DNA from: Acidobacteriota bacterium
GTDB lineage: Bacteria > Acidobacteriota > Terriglobia > Terriglobales > Acidobacteriaceae
DNA length: 64,000 bases
Reading direction: 5' to 3'
Assembly (NCBI GenBank): GCA_021816455.1
Contig: JAKAXU010000001.1
Span: 141,518 to 205,517, forward strand
Position 1 is the stretch's first letter, and each line of letters opens with the position of its first letter. This document shows positions 27,717 through 37,653 of this stretch, piece by piece. A program made the translations under genes and the position numbers. Below the pieces are notes generated by a model. The model saw only the letters and a list, made by a program, of their open reading frames with translations, did not search any database and was not told the DNA's origin.

Positions 27717-30152
27717 GTGCGCATCCTGACCCGGTATATCCTCGGTGAAATCACCTCGCATGCAATTCTGGGCTGCGCCTTATTTACCTTCATCCTGTTC
27801 ATGCGGCCGCTGGAACAGATTCTGGATATGGTCGTTCGCAACAGCTCCAGCCTGACTGCGCTGGGCGAGATCATTCTTTTTACGCTGCCAAACACCTTTC
27901 TGCTCACCATTCCGATGGCGGTGCTGGTGGGAGTCCTGCTGGGTTTGAGCAGGCTCGCCGCGGATTCCGAGATCATCGCCATGCGCGCCTCCGGAATGGG
28001 CATCTGGTACCTGGTACGCGTAGCGGCGATTGTCGCTGGGCTGGGAACTACGTTCGGGCTGCTCAACTCACTCTACCTGTCGCCACACGCGAATCGCGCC
28101 ATCCTCACGCTACAGAACTCGTTGGCTCGAACTCAGGCATCCTTCGAGGTGCAGCCGCGTGTGTTCTACGAAGATTTCAAGAACACTGTCGTCTATGTGG
28201 AAGATACGCAAACCAGCGGCGGCGTGGCGAACTGGAAGCAGATGTTCATTGCCGACGTGACAAACCCCGCCACTCCGCAAGTTACGACAGCCGAATCCGC
28301 AACCATTACCGACGACAGCGAACAGGGCTTGCTTATCCGCCTGCGGAACGCCGCCGAGCATCATCTGAATCCGGCGCAGCCCGATGACTACACCATCTCA
28401 GCCTTCGCAACCACAGATCGGCCGCTCAGTTTCAGCCCTCAGAGCGACGTGCATCTGGGGCGCATGGATACTCCGCTTTACGCAGAGGGCAATCGGCAAC
28501 TGCTGCACGATGCCGCCCGGGCAAACAACTCAGAGCGAAGGCGCTACCTGATTGAGTTTCATCGCAGACTGGCCTATCCGTTGGCATGTCTGGTGCTGAT
28601 GCTGGTCGGGGTTCCGCTGGGTGCTGCATCCCGCCGCGGCGGAAAAAGCACAGGATTTGTCTACACGCTTCTGCTGGTGCTCGCCTATTATCTGCTCTCA
28701 AACCTGGGAATCGCCTGGGGACGAACCGGCAAACTCCCCGTGGTCGTCTCCGTCTGGATGGCGAATGCGTTGTTTGCTCTGGCTGGTTTTGTTCTGCTGA
28801 GCGAGATGGCTTCCGGCGGACGCATCCAGTTTGCCGTCCGCAGATGGTTTGGACGCAATCCTATCCCGGCAACCGATCCGGCTTCACCCGGACAGCCGAT
28901 GGAAGCGGCGGGCGCATCGTCGTGGCAGACAACACGCAGCATGAGCCGCAAGACGAGACTCTTTGCACGCATGCGCTTCAAAAGCTGGCGCAGGCGAGTC
29001 CGAAATCATCTGCCGCAGTCGTTTCCACGTTGGAAACCCCACGGATTCCCACTCATTCTCGATCAATATGTGCTGCGCGAGTTCCTGAAGATGTTCGCTT
29101 CGATCCTGGTCGGATTTGTGTTGATGATGCTGATCTTCACCTTCTTCGAACTGGTCGCTGACATCCTGCGCAATCACGTTGCGCTCTATGTGGTCGGCGA
29201 CTATCTTGTGCATCTGGCCCCGAGCATGATTTATCAGATCACGCCGCTGAGCGTATTGATCGCTGCGCTGATCACCTTCGGCATTTTGCATCGCAACAAC
29301 GAGTTGACTGCGATGAAGGCAACCGGCATCAGCCTCTACCGCCTGGTAATCCCGGTCTTCCTGATTGCAATGGGACTGGCCGTGAGTTTGTTCGCTTTCG
29401 ATCAGTCGTATCTGCCACAGGCGAATCGCGAGCAGGAGGCTCTGCGCAATACCATCAAAGGGCGGCCGCCGCAGACAACGCTCCATCCGGACCAGAAGTG
29501 GATTGTGGGCGATCCACACGACAGCGACGAAACCAGCATTTTCTACTATCAGTTTTTCGATCCGGATCAGAATACATTTGCCAATCTGACTCTCTTTGAA
29601 TTCGACGCCAAGACCTTCGCGATTCGCCGACGTATTTACGCCGAACGCGTGCTATGGAATGACGAAGCGCACAGGTGGGAGTTTGAGAACGGCTGGGAAC
29701 GAAGCTTTTCCGGTGCATCGCAGACCAAATTCCGCTCATTTCTGAAGGCTTCGTTTCCAGAGGTCGCCGAGCGCCCAGCCTATTTCAAAAAGGAAAACCT
29801 GCAATCGCAGGAGATGAATTTTTCCCAGCTCCGGCGCTACATTCACGACCTGCAGCAGAGCGGATTCGACACCATGCGCCTGCGCGTCGAACTGTATCAT
29901 AAGATCGCCTATCCTCTGGTGACTGTGGTGATGGCAGTACTGGCAATCCCCTTTGCAATGTCCATGGGGCGACGCGGATCTTTGACCGGAGTGGCCACAG
30001 CGATTGGAATTGCCGTGGGATATTGGGTGATCGCCGGACTCTTCGACGCCATGGGAAGCGTGAACTATCTGCCGGCTGCGCTGGCGGCGTGGTCACCGGA
30101 TATTCTCTTCGGATTGGCGGGCGGATATCTCCTGCTGCGCACGCCCACCTGA
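27717..30152 (+). CDS. lptF/lptG: Fused LPS export permease LptF-LptG
   Basis: Two YjgP/YjgQ halves (ILTRYILGE...DSEIIAMRASG; ILDQYVLRE...NELTAMKATG) in one 811-aa ORF. Confidence 0.93.
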   Translation: MRILTRYILGEITSHAILGCALFTFILFMRPLEQILDMVVRNSSSLTALGEIILFTLPNTFLLTIPMAVLVGVLLGLSRLAADSEIIAMRASGMGIWYLVRVAAIVAGLGTTFGLLNSLYLSPHANRAILTLQNSLARTQASFEVQPRVFYEDFKNTVVYVEDTQTSGGVANWKQMFIADVTNPATPQVTTAESATITDDSEQGLLIRLRNAAEHHLNPAQPDDYTISAFATTDRPLSFSPQSDVHLGRMDTPLYAEGNRQLLHDAARANNSERRRYLIEFHRRLAYPLACLVLMLVGVPLGAASRRGGKSTGFVYTLLLVLAYYLLSNLGIAWGRTGKLPVVVSVWMANALFALAGFVLLSEMASGGRIQFAVRRWFGRNPIPATDPASPGQPMEAAGASSWQTTRSMSRKTRLFARMRFKSWRRRVRNHLPQSFPRWKPHGFPLILDQYVLREFLKMFASILVGFVLMMLIFTFFELVADILRNHVALYVVGDYLVHLAPSMIYQITPLSVLIAALITFGILHRNNELTAMKATGISLYRLVIPVFLIAMGLAVSLFAFDQSYLPQANREQEALRNTIKGRPPQTTLHPDQKWIVGDPHDSDETSIFYYQFFDPDQNTFANLTLFEFDAKTFAIRRRIYAERVLWNDEAHRWEFENGWERSFSGASQTKFRSFLKASFPEVAERPAYFKKENLQSQEMNFSQLRRYIHDLQQSGFDTMRLRVELYHKIAYPLVTVVMAVLAIPFAMSMGRRGSLTGVATAIGIAVGYWVIAGLFDAMGSVNYLPAALAAWSPDILFGLAGGYLLLRTPT

Positions 30153-30172
30153 GTTCTCGCTACAATGAGAAT

Positions 30173-31942
30173 ATGGTGCAGGATCTGAAGCCTCTGTTCC
30201 GATATATGGCGCGCTACCGCTGGGGCTACCTGCGCGGCACACTGGCTCTGATTGCTACGAATGCTATCTGGGTGCTCTTTCCGCTTGTCATCGAGCGTGC
30301 GGTAAACGAACTCAATCGCAACCGCGGCTCGGCTGCCACATTGCGGCATCTGGTATTTTTCTATGCCGGGCTGGTGGTGGGAATCGCTGCACTGAAGGGC
30401 GTCTTCCTCTACGCCTCACGCTGGATACTGATCGGCATCTCACGCGATATTGAATTGGATCTGCGCAACGATCTCTTTCTTTCCCTGGAAAAACAGGACT
30501 TCGCCTACTATCACAGAAATCGGACCGGCGACATCATGGCACGGCTGACGAACGACCTGAATGCCGTGCGGCAGATGCTCGGCCCGGCCATCATGTACAG
30601 CGCGAATACCGTTCTGTTCAGCATCGGCGCGCTCTATTTTCTGCTTCGCATCAGCCCCTGGCTCACGCTGGTAGCGCTGGCTCCCATGCCCGTGGCAAGC
30701 ATCCTGGTGCAGTACTTCGGCGCGCGCATTCACGAGCGATTTGAACGCATCCAGGCCAGTTTTTCCGAGATCACCGCCTTTGCCCAGGAGAATTTTTCCG
30801 GAGCACGACTGGTGCGCGCATTCGCACGAGAAAAAGTTCAGATTGCCTCTTTTGAAAAGGCAAATCAGGAGTACATTCGACGCGCGCTGCGCCTGGTGCA
30901 ACTGATGGGCATGCTATGGCCGACACTGGAGTTTGTGCTGGGCGTGGCGATGGTGATCACGCTCTGGGTGGGCGGCCATCAGGTGCTGAGCCATCGCATC
31001 GATGTGGGCAGCTTCATCGCTTTCAATACGTACATGGTGATGCTGACGTTTCCGATTATCGCCATTGGCTGGGTTGTGAATATCTTCCAGCGCGGAACCG
31101 CCTCGGTCAAGCGGATCGATGAGATTCTGCGTGCGAAACCGGAGATTGACGATCGATATGCCGACGCCTCCCTCGGCATGACAACGGAACCACTGCGCGG
31201 CGAAATTGAGTTTCGTGGCCTGAGCTTTTCCTATGGTGAACGCAAAATCCTGCATGACATCTCACTGAAGATTCCGGCTGGATCCACGCTGGCCATTGTT
31301 GGACCAACAGGAGCAGGCAAAACAACACTTGTGAATCTGATCCCACGCCTGCTGGAAGCACCCGACGAAACCCTGCTGGTGGACGGAGCACCCGTCAAGC
31401 GCTACCCGCTGCACCGGTTACGCGCAAACATCGGAATGGTGCCACAGGAGACATTTCTCTTCAGCGAAACGATCCGCGAGAATCTCAGATTCGGAGCGCC
31501 GGAAGCATCGGAAGAGGCGCTTCTGGAAGCCGCCGAATCCGCTCATATCCGGGCCGAGTTCGCTGAGTTCCCGGATGGATTGGAAACACTGGTCGGCGAA
31601 CGCGGCTTGACGCTCTCCGGAGGACAGAAACAACGGACTTCGATTGCACGCGCCCTGCTGCGCCGTCCCTCTATCCTGATCCTGGACGATGCCCTGGCCA
31701 GCGTGGACACTTACACGGAAGAGCGCATCCTGCAAGGTCTGAAGCGATACACGCGCGGCTGCACAACAATCCTGATTGCGCACCGGATTTCAACGGTGCG
31801 CGAAGCCGACACGATTGCCGTGCTGCGCGAAGGGCGCATCGTAGAAACAGGCACACACGAAGAACTGCTGGCGCTGGGCGGATATTACGCCGACCTCTAT
31901 GACAAGCAACTGCTCGAGGAAGAACTTTCCGTCGCAAGCTGA
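30173..31942 (+). CDS. ABC exporter, fused TMD-NBD (MdlA-like)
   Basis: TGDIMARLTND, GPTGAGKT, LSGGQKQR, ILDD; start at MVQDLK. Confidence 0.93.
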   Translation: MVQDLKPLFRYMARYRWGYLRGTLALIATNAIWVLFPLVIERAVNELNRNRGSAATLRHLVFFYAGLVVGIAALKGVFLYASRWILIGISRDIELDLRNDLFLSLEKQDFAYYHRNRTGDIMARLTNDLNAVRQMLGPAIMYSANTVLFSIGALYFLLRISPWLTLVALAPMPVASILVQYFGARIHERFERIQASFSEITAFAQENFSGARLVRAFAREKVQIASFEKANQEYIRRALRLVQLMGMLWPTLEFVLGVAMVITLWVGGHQVLSHRIDVGSFIAFNTYMVMLTFPIIAIGWVVNIFQRGTASVKRIDEILRAKPEIDDRYADASLGMTTEPLRGEIEFRGLSFSYGERKILHDISLKIPAGSTLAIVGPTGAGKTTLVNLIPRLLEAPDETLLVDGAPVKRYPLHRLRANIGMVPQETFLFSETIRENLRFGAPEASEEALLEAAESAHIRAEFAEFPDGLETLVGERGLTLSGGQKQRTSIARALLRRPSILILDDALASVDTYTEERILQGLKRYTRGCTTILIAHRISTVREADTIAVLREGRIVETGTHEELLALGGYYADLYDKQLLEEELSVAS

Positions 31943-32038
31943 AGCTCAGCAGCACCACGCAAGATACGACCTGCATGCCCGGTATTCACGCGATCGGAAG
32001 GAATTCCGAAAGGCACGGACACCTGCCGGTCAACGAGA

Positions 32039-32488
32039 TCAGGCTGTCCAGCGCACCGTTTCCGAATCCGCACTCGGAGCCGTCGCCTTATGAAGATGCA
32101 CTGTGCGAACATCGGTGGGGGCAGAAGATTGCGGCACTTGCTGCGCAACTTGGCGCCAGGCGTCGCGAACGTTGCGTACGCACTGAATCGCTTCGCGAAA
32201 CCGATCGGCGGATGCCGTCTGGGACGCCTGTAACGTGAGGGCGAACATCGAAGCGTAAAACTCGCTGAGCACCTCGGCCGGACGCCCGCCAATATCCATG
32301 CGCAGACGCGCTTGCAGATGAATGACGATATCGAGAGCGCGCTTTACCGCTGCGCGTCTCCCGGAGACATCCCCTGCCTCGACGGCGGCAATCGCCTGGA
32401 AAAGGAAACGGATGATGCCGTCGTAGAGCGCAACGACTAGCTCTACCGGGGACGCACTTTCGAGGGTGTGCTGCTGATAGGAAGACAT
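32039..32488 (-). CDS. fliS: Flagellin chaperone FliS
   Basis: ASPVELVVALYDGIIRFL, VRDAW; follows fliD. Confidence 0.93.
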   Translation of the reverse strand: MSSYQQHTLESASPVELVVALYDGIIRFLFQAIAAVEAGDVSGRRAAVKRALDIVIHLQARLRMDIGGRPAEVLSEFYASMFALTLQASQTASADRFREAIQCVRNVRDAWRQVAQQVPQSSAPTDVRTVHLHKATAPSADSETVRWTA

Positions 32489-32543
32489 ACGGACTTGTGC
32501 AACCTCCTGGCGGGCAATGGCCTGAGCCGGTGATATGGATGAA

Positions 32544-33929
32544 TCAAAGCGTGGGGTTCACGTATCCGGTGACCGCAGAATAAATTTCGCTCATGTTATT
32601 CAGGTTTGCCGGAATTTGCTGCAGGGTCTGATTGGCCAGATTCAGCTCCGTGGTCAGGCTGGACTGCTGCGTGGAGATGAGCAGATTCTCATTCGAGATA
32701 TTCTGGTTCAGCGAAGAGATGATGGCGTTGTTTGCGTTCAGGTCGAGCGTCAGCATCCCCGTTGGCGAGCTGTTGCCCAGATTGTTCAGCGCTGTAGAGA
32801 AATTCAGCCCCCAACTCCCGGCGTTCTGGAAGAAGCTCACCACGCCGGAATAATCCTGATTCAACTCGGTGTTCAGCGTGCTGGTGTCCAGCGAAAGCGT
32901 ACCGTCGTTGTTGACGGAGATACCGAGTTGCGTGACGCTTCCGATGTTGCCCTGCGTATTGGACTGATTGATCGAGCTGAGCAGCTGCTCCTGAAACATA
33001 GCCAGTGTCGGCGAGCCGAAAAGGGGTTCCGGAGTACCCGAAACGTTGTTCGTCTCCTGCGCATTCACAGCGCTGATCACGGAGTTGTAATCAGAGACAA
33101 GCTGACCGATGGAGCTAACCACAGCCGTGTTGTCATTCAGAATCTGTACCTGCACGGTCTCTGGAGTTCCACTGGTCACCGGCGAAGGCGCAAGCAACTG
33201 AAACGTTACGCCAGGAATAACGGTGCTGACCGTATTCGACGACGCCGAGACGCTGACACCATCGACAACCAGGCTGGCATTTGCTCCTGCTGTAGCCGAG
33301 GTGTAGCTCAGAGCGGTGCTCGTGGTCGTGTCCGTCACGCTCGATGTAACGGTAAGACCGCCGCTCGCTCCGGATGTGCCGGAGACCAGCGAGAGCCGTG
33401 AACCATTTGCGTCCGTGATTACGCTTGCATTGACGCCGATGCCGGCGGAGTTGATGGCCGTTGCCAGGGTCGAGAGCGTGTTACTGGACGAGCCGATCGT
33501 AATCGTCTGCGCAGTGCCCGAACCGACCTGGATCGTCAGTGAGCCGGAGAGTGTATCCGAAGAATTGGTGATCTCTGTGAGATATCCGGAAGAGGTGGAG
33601 GCAAGCGAATTGACCACAATCGTGTGCGTGCCCGCAACGGCAGACGAGGAGGCGGATGTGAGCGCAATGACATTCGGATCCGAGCTGGACCCTTGTTTCC
33701 CCGCCATAACGCCTTGAAAGTTCGTTAGATTGCTCATATCCGTCGAAACCTGCGAGAGCAGGGTTCCCAAATTGGAGATCGCGGTATCCTGCGCGTTCGT
33801 CGCGCTGAGCTGGTTCTTCCAGGGAATCTCGACATTCTGAAGATTGGCCACAATCTCACTCACGGTCTGGCTCACATTGAAACCAGCACCACTGATCGGA
33901 GAACCAAAACTGATCCCAACTACGCCCAT
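32544..33929 (-). CDS. fliD: Flagellar cap protein FliD
   Basis: AVAGTHTIVVNSLA, AINSAGIGVNASVI, SNTVSTVIPGVT, QLGISVNNDGTL; lies between fliC and fliS. Confidence 0.92.
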   Translation of the reverse strand: MGVVGISFGSPISGAGFNVSQTVSEIVANLQNVEIPWKNQLSATNAQDTAISNLGTLLSQVSTDMSNLTNFQGVMAGKQGSSSDPNVIALTSASSSAVAGTHTIVVNSLASTSSGYLTEITNSSDTLSGSLTIQVGSGTAQTITIGSSSNTLSTLATAINSAGIGVNASVITDANGSRLSLVSGTSGASGGLTVTSSVTDTTTSTALSYTSATAGANASLVVDGVSVSASSNTVSTVIPGVTFQLLAPSPVTSGTPETVQVQILNDNTAVVSSIGQLVSDYNSVISAVNAQETNNVSGTPEPLFGSPTLAMFQEQLLSSINQSNTQGNIGSVTQLGISVNNDGTLSLDTSTLNTELNQDYSGVVSFFQNAGSWGLNFSTALNNLGNSSPTGMLTLDLNANNAIISSLNQNISNENLLISTQQSSLTTELNLANQTLQQIPANLNNMSEIYSAVTGYVNPTL

Positions 33930-34029
33930 TCGAACCTCCGGTATAAGCGAAGCACGTCCAGAACCGCGCGGGAAACTTTTCGATGAGCCTGTCCCAATGC
34001 AACGACAGCTCAAACTTCAACCTCGTACG

Positions 34030-34073
34030 AAAACCGGAATGGGGAAGAGCAGATCGCGCTTCCCCATCGCCGG
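34030..34073 (-). terminator. Terminator or attenuator between fliC and fliD
   Basis: CCGGCGATGGGGAAG...CTTCCCCATTCCGG then TTTT on minus strand. Confidence 0.7.
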
Positions 34074-34083
34074 GCTGGAGAGT

Positions 34084-35355
34084 TTACTGCAACAGCTTGG
34101 TGACTTCCTGCTGCAGGCTGTTGGCCTGGGCCAGAGCCGAGATACCGGTCTGGCTGAGAACCTCGTACTTCGAGAGGTTCGAGGTTGCCTGCGCGTAGTC
34201 GGTCGCCTGGACGCTGTTTTGCGCCGCAAGGATGTTCTGCTGCTGCGTGGTTTCCACCTGTGAGACGGCATTCAGCGTGTTGACCTGCGCACCCAGATAA
34301 CCGCGCTGAGCTGCAACGTTGCTGATCGCTGAATTGATCTGTGTGAGAGCTGTCTGCGCATCCCCTGCCGTCAGCAGATCCGTAGATGCAAGGTTGCTTG
34401 TCTGCTCATTGGCTCCCCGTTGGTAGGTGATCGTCTCTGTGCTCTTGGTGGAGTTGAAGGTCGAGACCGTGCCGCCGGTTGTCGTATCGGCGAGCGCGGT
34501 GGTGCCGTTCGCGATCACCACAGACGAGTTGGTGTTGCTGAGCAAAATGCCCGTATCGGCAGAATTGACAGCGGTGTCTCCCACAGCGCTGGCCGTCGTC
34601 AGGCTCGCCGTGACCCCCGGAATGCCATCCTTGTTGATCTCCTGCACAAGGCCGGAGAGTGTCGTGGCGGTCGTGGTGATGGTGGAGGTGGTTCCGTCTG
34701 CATTGGTGATGGTGAACTTCAGTCCGCCAGTGACCGTATCGCTCGATTGCGCCGCAGTTGTCAGCGCACCGGCGGTGTCTTTCGACAGATCATAGAACAC
34801 GCCCGACGAGCTTTGTACAACTGAGCCGCCGGAGTCGCCCACCGTGGATGAAGAGAGCGGCGCAAAGTACAGATTGTCGATCGAAGAACCGGTCGTCGAG
34901 GCGTCGCCGGTGTAGATGTTCACGCCGGAAGCAGAACCAGTGAAAACCTGGCTGGAGTTGTAGGTTGTCGTCGCGCCAATGGTGTTGATCTCAGAGAGAA
35001 TCGACTGATACTCCTGGTTGGCCGCGGCGGACTGCGAGCTGTTGAGGGTGCCGTTCGCTGTTTCAGTGGCCAGCGTCACGGCCCGGTTGAGCAGGTTCGT
35101 CACTTGCGAGAGCGCGCCATCGGCGACTTGCAGCAGGCCAACACCTTCGCTTGCGTTGGTGGCTGACTGCGTCAGCGCGGTTGAGTTGGCCTGAAGGCCG
35201 TTGATGAGAGACAGACCGGCAGCATTATCGGAGCCGGAGTTGATCTGCGAACCAGAAGAAAGCTGCTCCAGAACCGTCTGCAGGCTTGCCTGCGTGTTGT
35301 TCAGGTTGTTCTCTGCTACCAGTGCGGAGAGGTTGTTTAATACGCCCAGAGCCAT
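34084..35355 (-). CDS. fliC: Flagellin
   Basis: LSSGSQINSGSDNAAG, QVADGAL, QRGYLGAQVN, ALAQAN...KLLQ termini. Confidence 0.96.
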   Translation of the reverse strand: MALGVLNNLSALVAENNLNNTQASLQTVLEQLSSGSQINSGSDNAAGLSLINGLQANSTALTQSATNASEGVGLLQVADGALSQVTNLLNRAVTLATETANGTLNSSQSAAANQEYQSILSEINTIGATTTYNSSQVFTGSASGVNIYTGDASTTGSSIDNLYFAPLSSSTVGDSGGSVVQSSSGVFYDLSKDTAGALTTAAQSSDTVTGGLKFTITNADGTTSTITTTATTLSGLVQEINKDGIPGVTASLTTASAVGDTAVNSADTGILLSNTNSSVVIANGTTALADTTTGGTVSTFNSTKSTETITYQRGANEQTSNLASTDLLTAGDAQTALTQINSAISNVAAQRGYLGAQVNTLNAVSQVETTQQQNILAAQNSVQATDYAQATSNLSKYEVLSQTGISALAQANSLQQEVTKLLQ

Positions 35356-35495
35356 GAGTCACTCCTGTTTGGATGCGTGAATTAGCAGTGCCCGACCGGT
35401 TTTGCCTTTCGATTCCCCATCCGCTGCGGTTTCGTCCACCCCGGATCGATTCGATCAGACCAGCCCGGACTCGGCTGCTGGTGCATCTGGCCACT

Positions 35496-35522
35496 CTATC
35501 GGCGGGAACACGGCGCACTTTA
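35496..35522 (-). promoter_or_regulatory. sigma28 promoter of fliC
   Basis: TAAA-N15-GCCGATAG, near-perfect consensus. Confidence 0.9.
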
Positions 35523-35604
35523 CTGAAAAACCGAATGACTGATGGATGTCCCGTCCGGATACACCCGGAACTTGTGCCCGAAACTCTTGTCCAGGCGGGT
35601 ATAG

Positions 35605-35615
35605 GCCGATAGAGT
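35605..35615 (+). promoter_or_regulatory. sigma28 -10 element before flbD-motAB
   Basis: GCCGATAGAGT identical to the fliC element; no good -35 at 15-nt spacing. Confidence 0.5.
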
Positions 35616-35636
35616 CCACAGAAAGGTGAAGCGACG

Positions 35637-35969
35637 ATGATCGAAGTGACTCGACTCAACGGCAACAGCATGACCATCAACAGCGATCTGATCAAGATCG
35701 CCGAAGCCTCGCCGGACACGATGCTTACCCTGATTCATGGCGAAAAACTGATTGTGAAGGAAAGCTGCGAAGAGGTTGTCGAAAAGGTGATGGCCTATCG
35801 GGCGCGCCTGCTGGCCGCGGTAGCCCTCCAGTTGCGTAATCCGGATGTGGCGCATCTTGTCGTCGGCCTCAGCAGTCTCGACCCGAAGCATGGCGTGCCC
35901 GGCGGAGGTCCGCACGGGACACGCCCGGAATTGCATCTCGAATTGCATGACGAATCACGCCACGAATGA
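35637..35969 (+). CDS. flbD: Flagellar FlbD/SwrD-family protein
   Basis: MIEVTRLNG...INSDLI...PDT.LTL..GEKLIVKES; directly before motA. Confidence 0.9.
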   Translation: MIEVTRLNGNSMTINSDLIKIAEASPDTMLTLIHGEKLIVKESCEEVVEKVMAYRARLLAAVALQLRNPDVAHLVVGLSSLDPKHGVPGGGPHGTRPELHLELHDESRHE

Positions 35970-35984
35970 CGCCACGAATGACGC
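35950..35984 (+). repeat. Three tandem copies of a 12-bp unit
   Basis: ACGAATCACGCC ACGAATGACGCC ACGAATGACGC spanning the flbD stop. Confidence 0.8.
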
Positions 35985-36033
35985 GAGCGAGCATGACTGG
36001 AATGGAAGCGCAGGTGACTGCGAGGAGGGTCAG

Positions 36034-36807
36034 ATGGACAAGGCAAGCATTGGTGGAGTTCTGATTGCGCTGACGGGTATCCTGGCCGGACTGCTGCTCG
36101 AAGGTGGAAATCTGGGGCAGATCTTTCAACCGACGGCGGCGATGATCGTCTTCGGCGGGACCATCGGCGCTGTCCTGCTGCAATTTCCGCTGAAGACAGT
36201 TGTGGAGGCCTTCCGCAGGCTGGCCGTGCTGTTTGTTGCTCCTCCCATGCAGGATCAGAAACTTGTGCAACTGCTCGTCAGCTTTGCCAACAAGGCACGT
36301 CGCTCCGGTGTGGTTTCGCTGGACGCGGATCTGAAGATGATTGACGATCCGTTCCTCCGCCAGGCGCTCACGCTGGCGGTCGATGGAACCGAGCCGACCG
36401 AACTGCGGCGGATCATGTCGGTCAGCATGGACTCGCGCAGTGAAGGAGAAGAGCGGCAGCCGGCAGTCTTCGAATCGGCTGGCGGATTTTCGCCCACCAT
36501 CGGAATTCTAGGCGCAGTACTGGGGCTCATTCAGGTCATGCAGCATCTGGACAACATTCAGGAAGTGGGCAAAGGCATTGCCGTCGCGTTCGTCGCCACC
36601 ATCTATGGCGTGGGCGCAGCAAATCTTTTCTTCCTGCCTGCTGCCGGCAAGCTGCGACTGCGCATCCGCGAAGAGCATCTGCGCCGGGAGATGATGCTGG
36701 AGAGCGTGATCTCGATCCTTGAAGGCATCAATCCGCGCATGCTCGAAGTCAAACTGACCGGATATCTGGAAGCGACCGAACGCGGGATGCGGGAGCGGGC
36801 TGCATGA
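36034..36807 (+). CDS. motA: Flagellar stator MotA
   Basis: IVFGGTIGA, ARRSG, PTIGILGAVLGLI, AFVATIYG, GINP. Confidence 0.96.
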   Translation: MDKASIGGVLIALTGILAGLLLEGGNLGQIFQPTAAMIVFGGTIGAVLLQFPLKTVVEAFRRLAVLFVAPPMQDQKLVQLLVSFANKARRSGVVSLDADLKMIDDPFLRQALTLAVDGTEPTELRRIMSVSMDSRSEGEERQPAVFESAGGFSPTIGILGAVLGLIQVMQHLDNIQEVGKGIAVAFVATIYGVGAANLFFLPAAGKLRLRIREEHLRREMMLESVISILEGINPRMLEVKLTGYLEATERGMRERAA

Positions 36808-37625
36808 AGCGCAGAGAGATGCACCACGGCACCAATCGCGAACGGTGGCTGGTCTCCTACGCGGACTTCATCACGCTTTTGTTTGCGTTTTTTGTCGTGC
36901 TCTACGCCTCCTCCAAAGCCGACCAGAAAAAGCAGGCTCAAGTGGCGCAGGCCATCGATTCCGCCTTTCAGTCCCTGGGAATTTTTCCCGAGGCAGGCCG
37001 CGTGCCGAACAACCTGAAGAATATGTCCGTCTTCAGCAAAGACGAGTCGATTTCTCCCATGACCATCGTGATGGGCGAAGATGTACTGGCGCCGGCTCAG
37101 GTCAAGGAAGATCTGGACAACGTGCAGCAGCACATGCAACGCCTGCTCGCAGATCAGATTGCGCAGCATACCGTCTCCGTCCAGATGGGTAAGGACGGAC
37201 TGGTCATCAGCCTCCGCGAAGCAGGATTCTTCCCCTCGGGATCTGCCACACCCGAGACAAAAACTCTGCCCATTCTCCGGCAGATCGCCGTAGCTCTGGG
37301 CAAGACGCGCTACGACCTGCGCATCGAAGGCCACACGGATAACGTTCCGATCCACACCGCGCAGTTTGACTCCAACTGGGAGCTTTCCTCTGCTCGGGCA
37401 ACGCATCTGGCGCGTATCTTCCTGGCGACCGGAGCCATTCCACCGAGCCGTATCTCGGCGGCCGGCTATGCGGAATTTCATCCCGTGGCCAGCAACGATA
37501 CAGCGGCTGGTCGCGCGCAGAACCGGCGCGTGGACCTGGTGATCGTGCCACAGACAAAGGTGAATCTGGCCATGCCCGACGGCGACGCAACAAAAGGTGA
37601 CTGGCAGCGCATAACCGACCAGTGA
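36804..37625 (+). CDS. motB: Flagellar stator MotB
   Basis: WLVSYADFITLL, EGHTD, NWELSSARA, NRRVD. Confidence 0.97.
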   Translation: MKRREMHHGTNRERWLVSYADFITLLFAFFVVLYASSKADQKKQAQVAQAIDSAFQSLGIFPEAGRVPNNLKNMSVFSKDESISPMTIVMGEDVLAPAQVKEDLDNVQQHMQRLLADQIAQHTVSVQMGKDGLVISLREAGFFPSGSATPETKTLPILRQIAVALGKTRYDLRIEGHTDNVPIHTAQFDSNWELSSARATHLARIFLATGAIPPSRISAAGYAEFHPVASNDTAAGRAQNRRVDLVIVPQTKVNLAMPDGDATKGDWQRITDQ

Positions 37626-37653
37626 ACGACCATTCCAGGCGTAAAATGAAAAG

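Noticed and set aside
35356-35490. c-di-GMP riboswitch in the fliC leader
   Set aside because: I could not find the GEMM two-hairpin pattern with its conserved junction.
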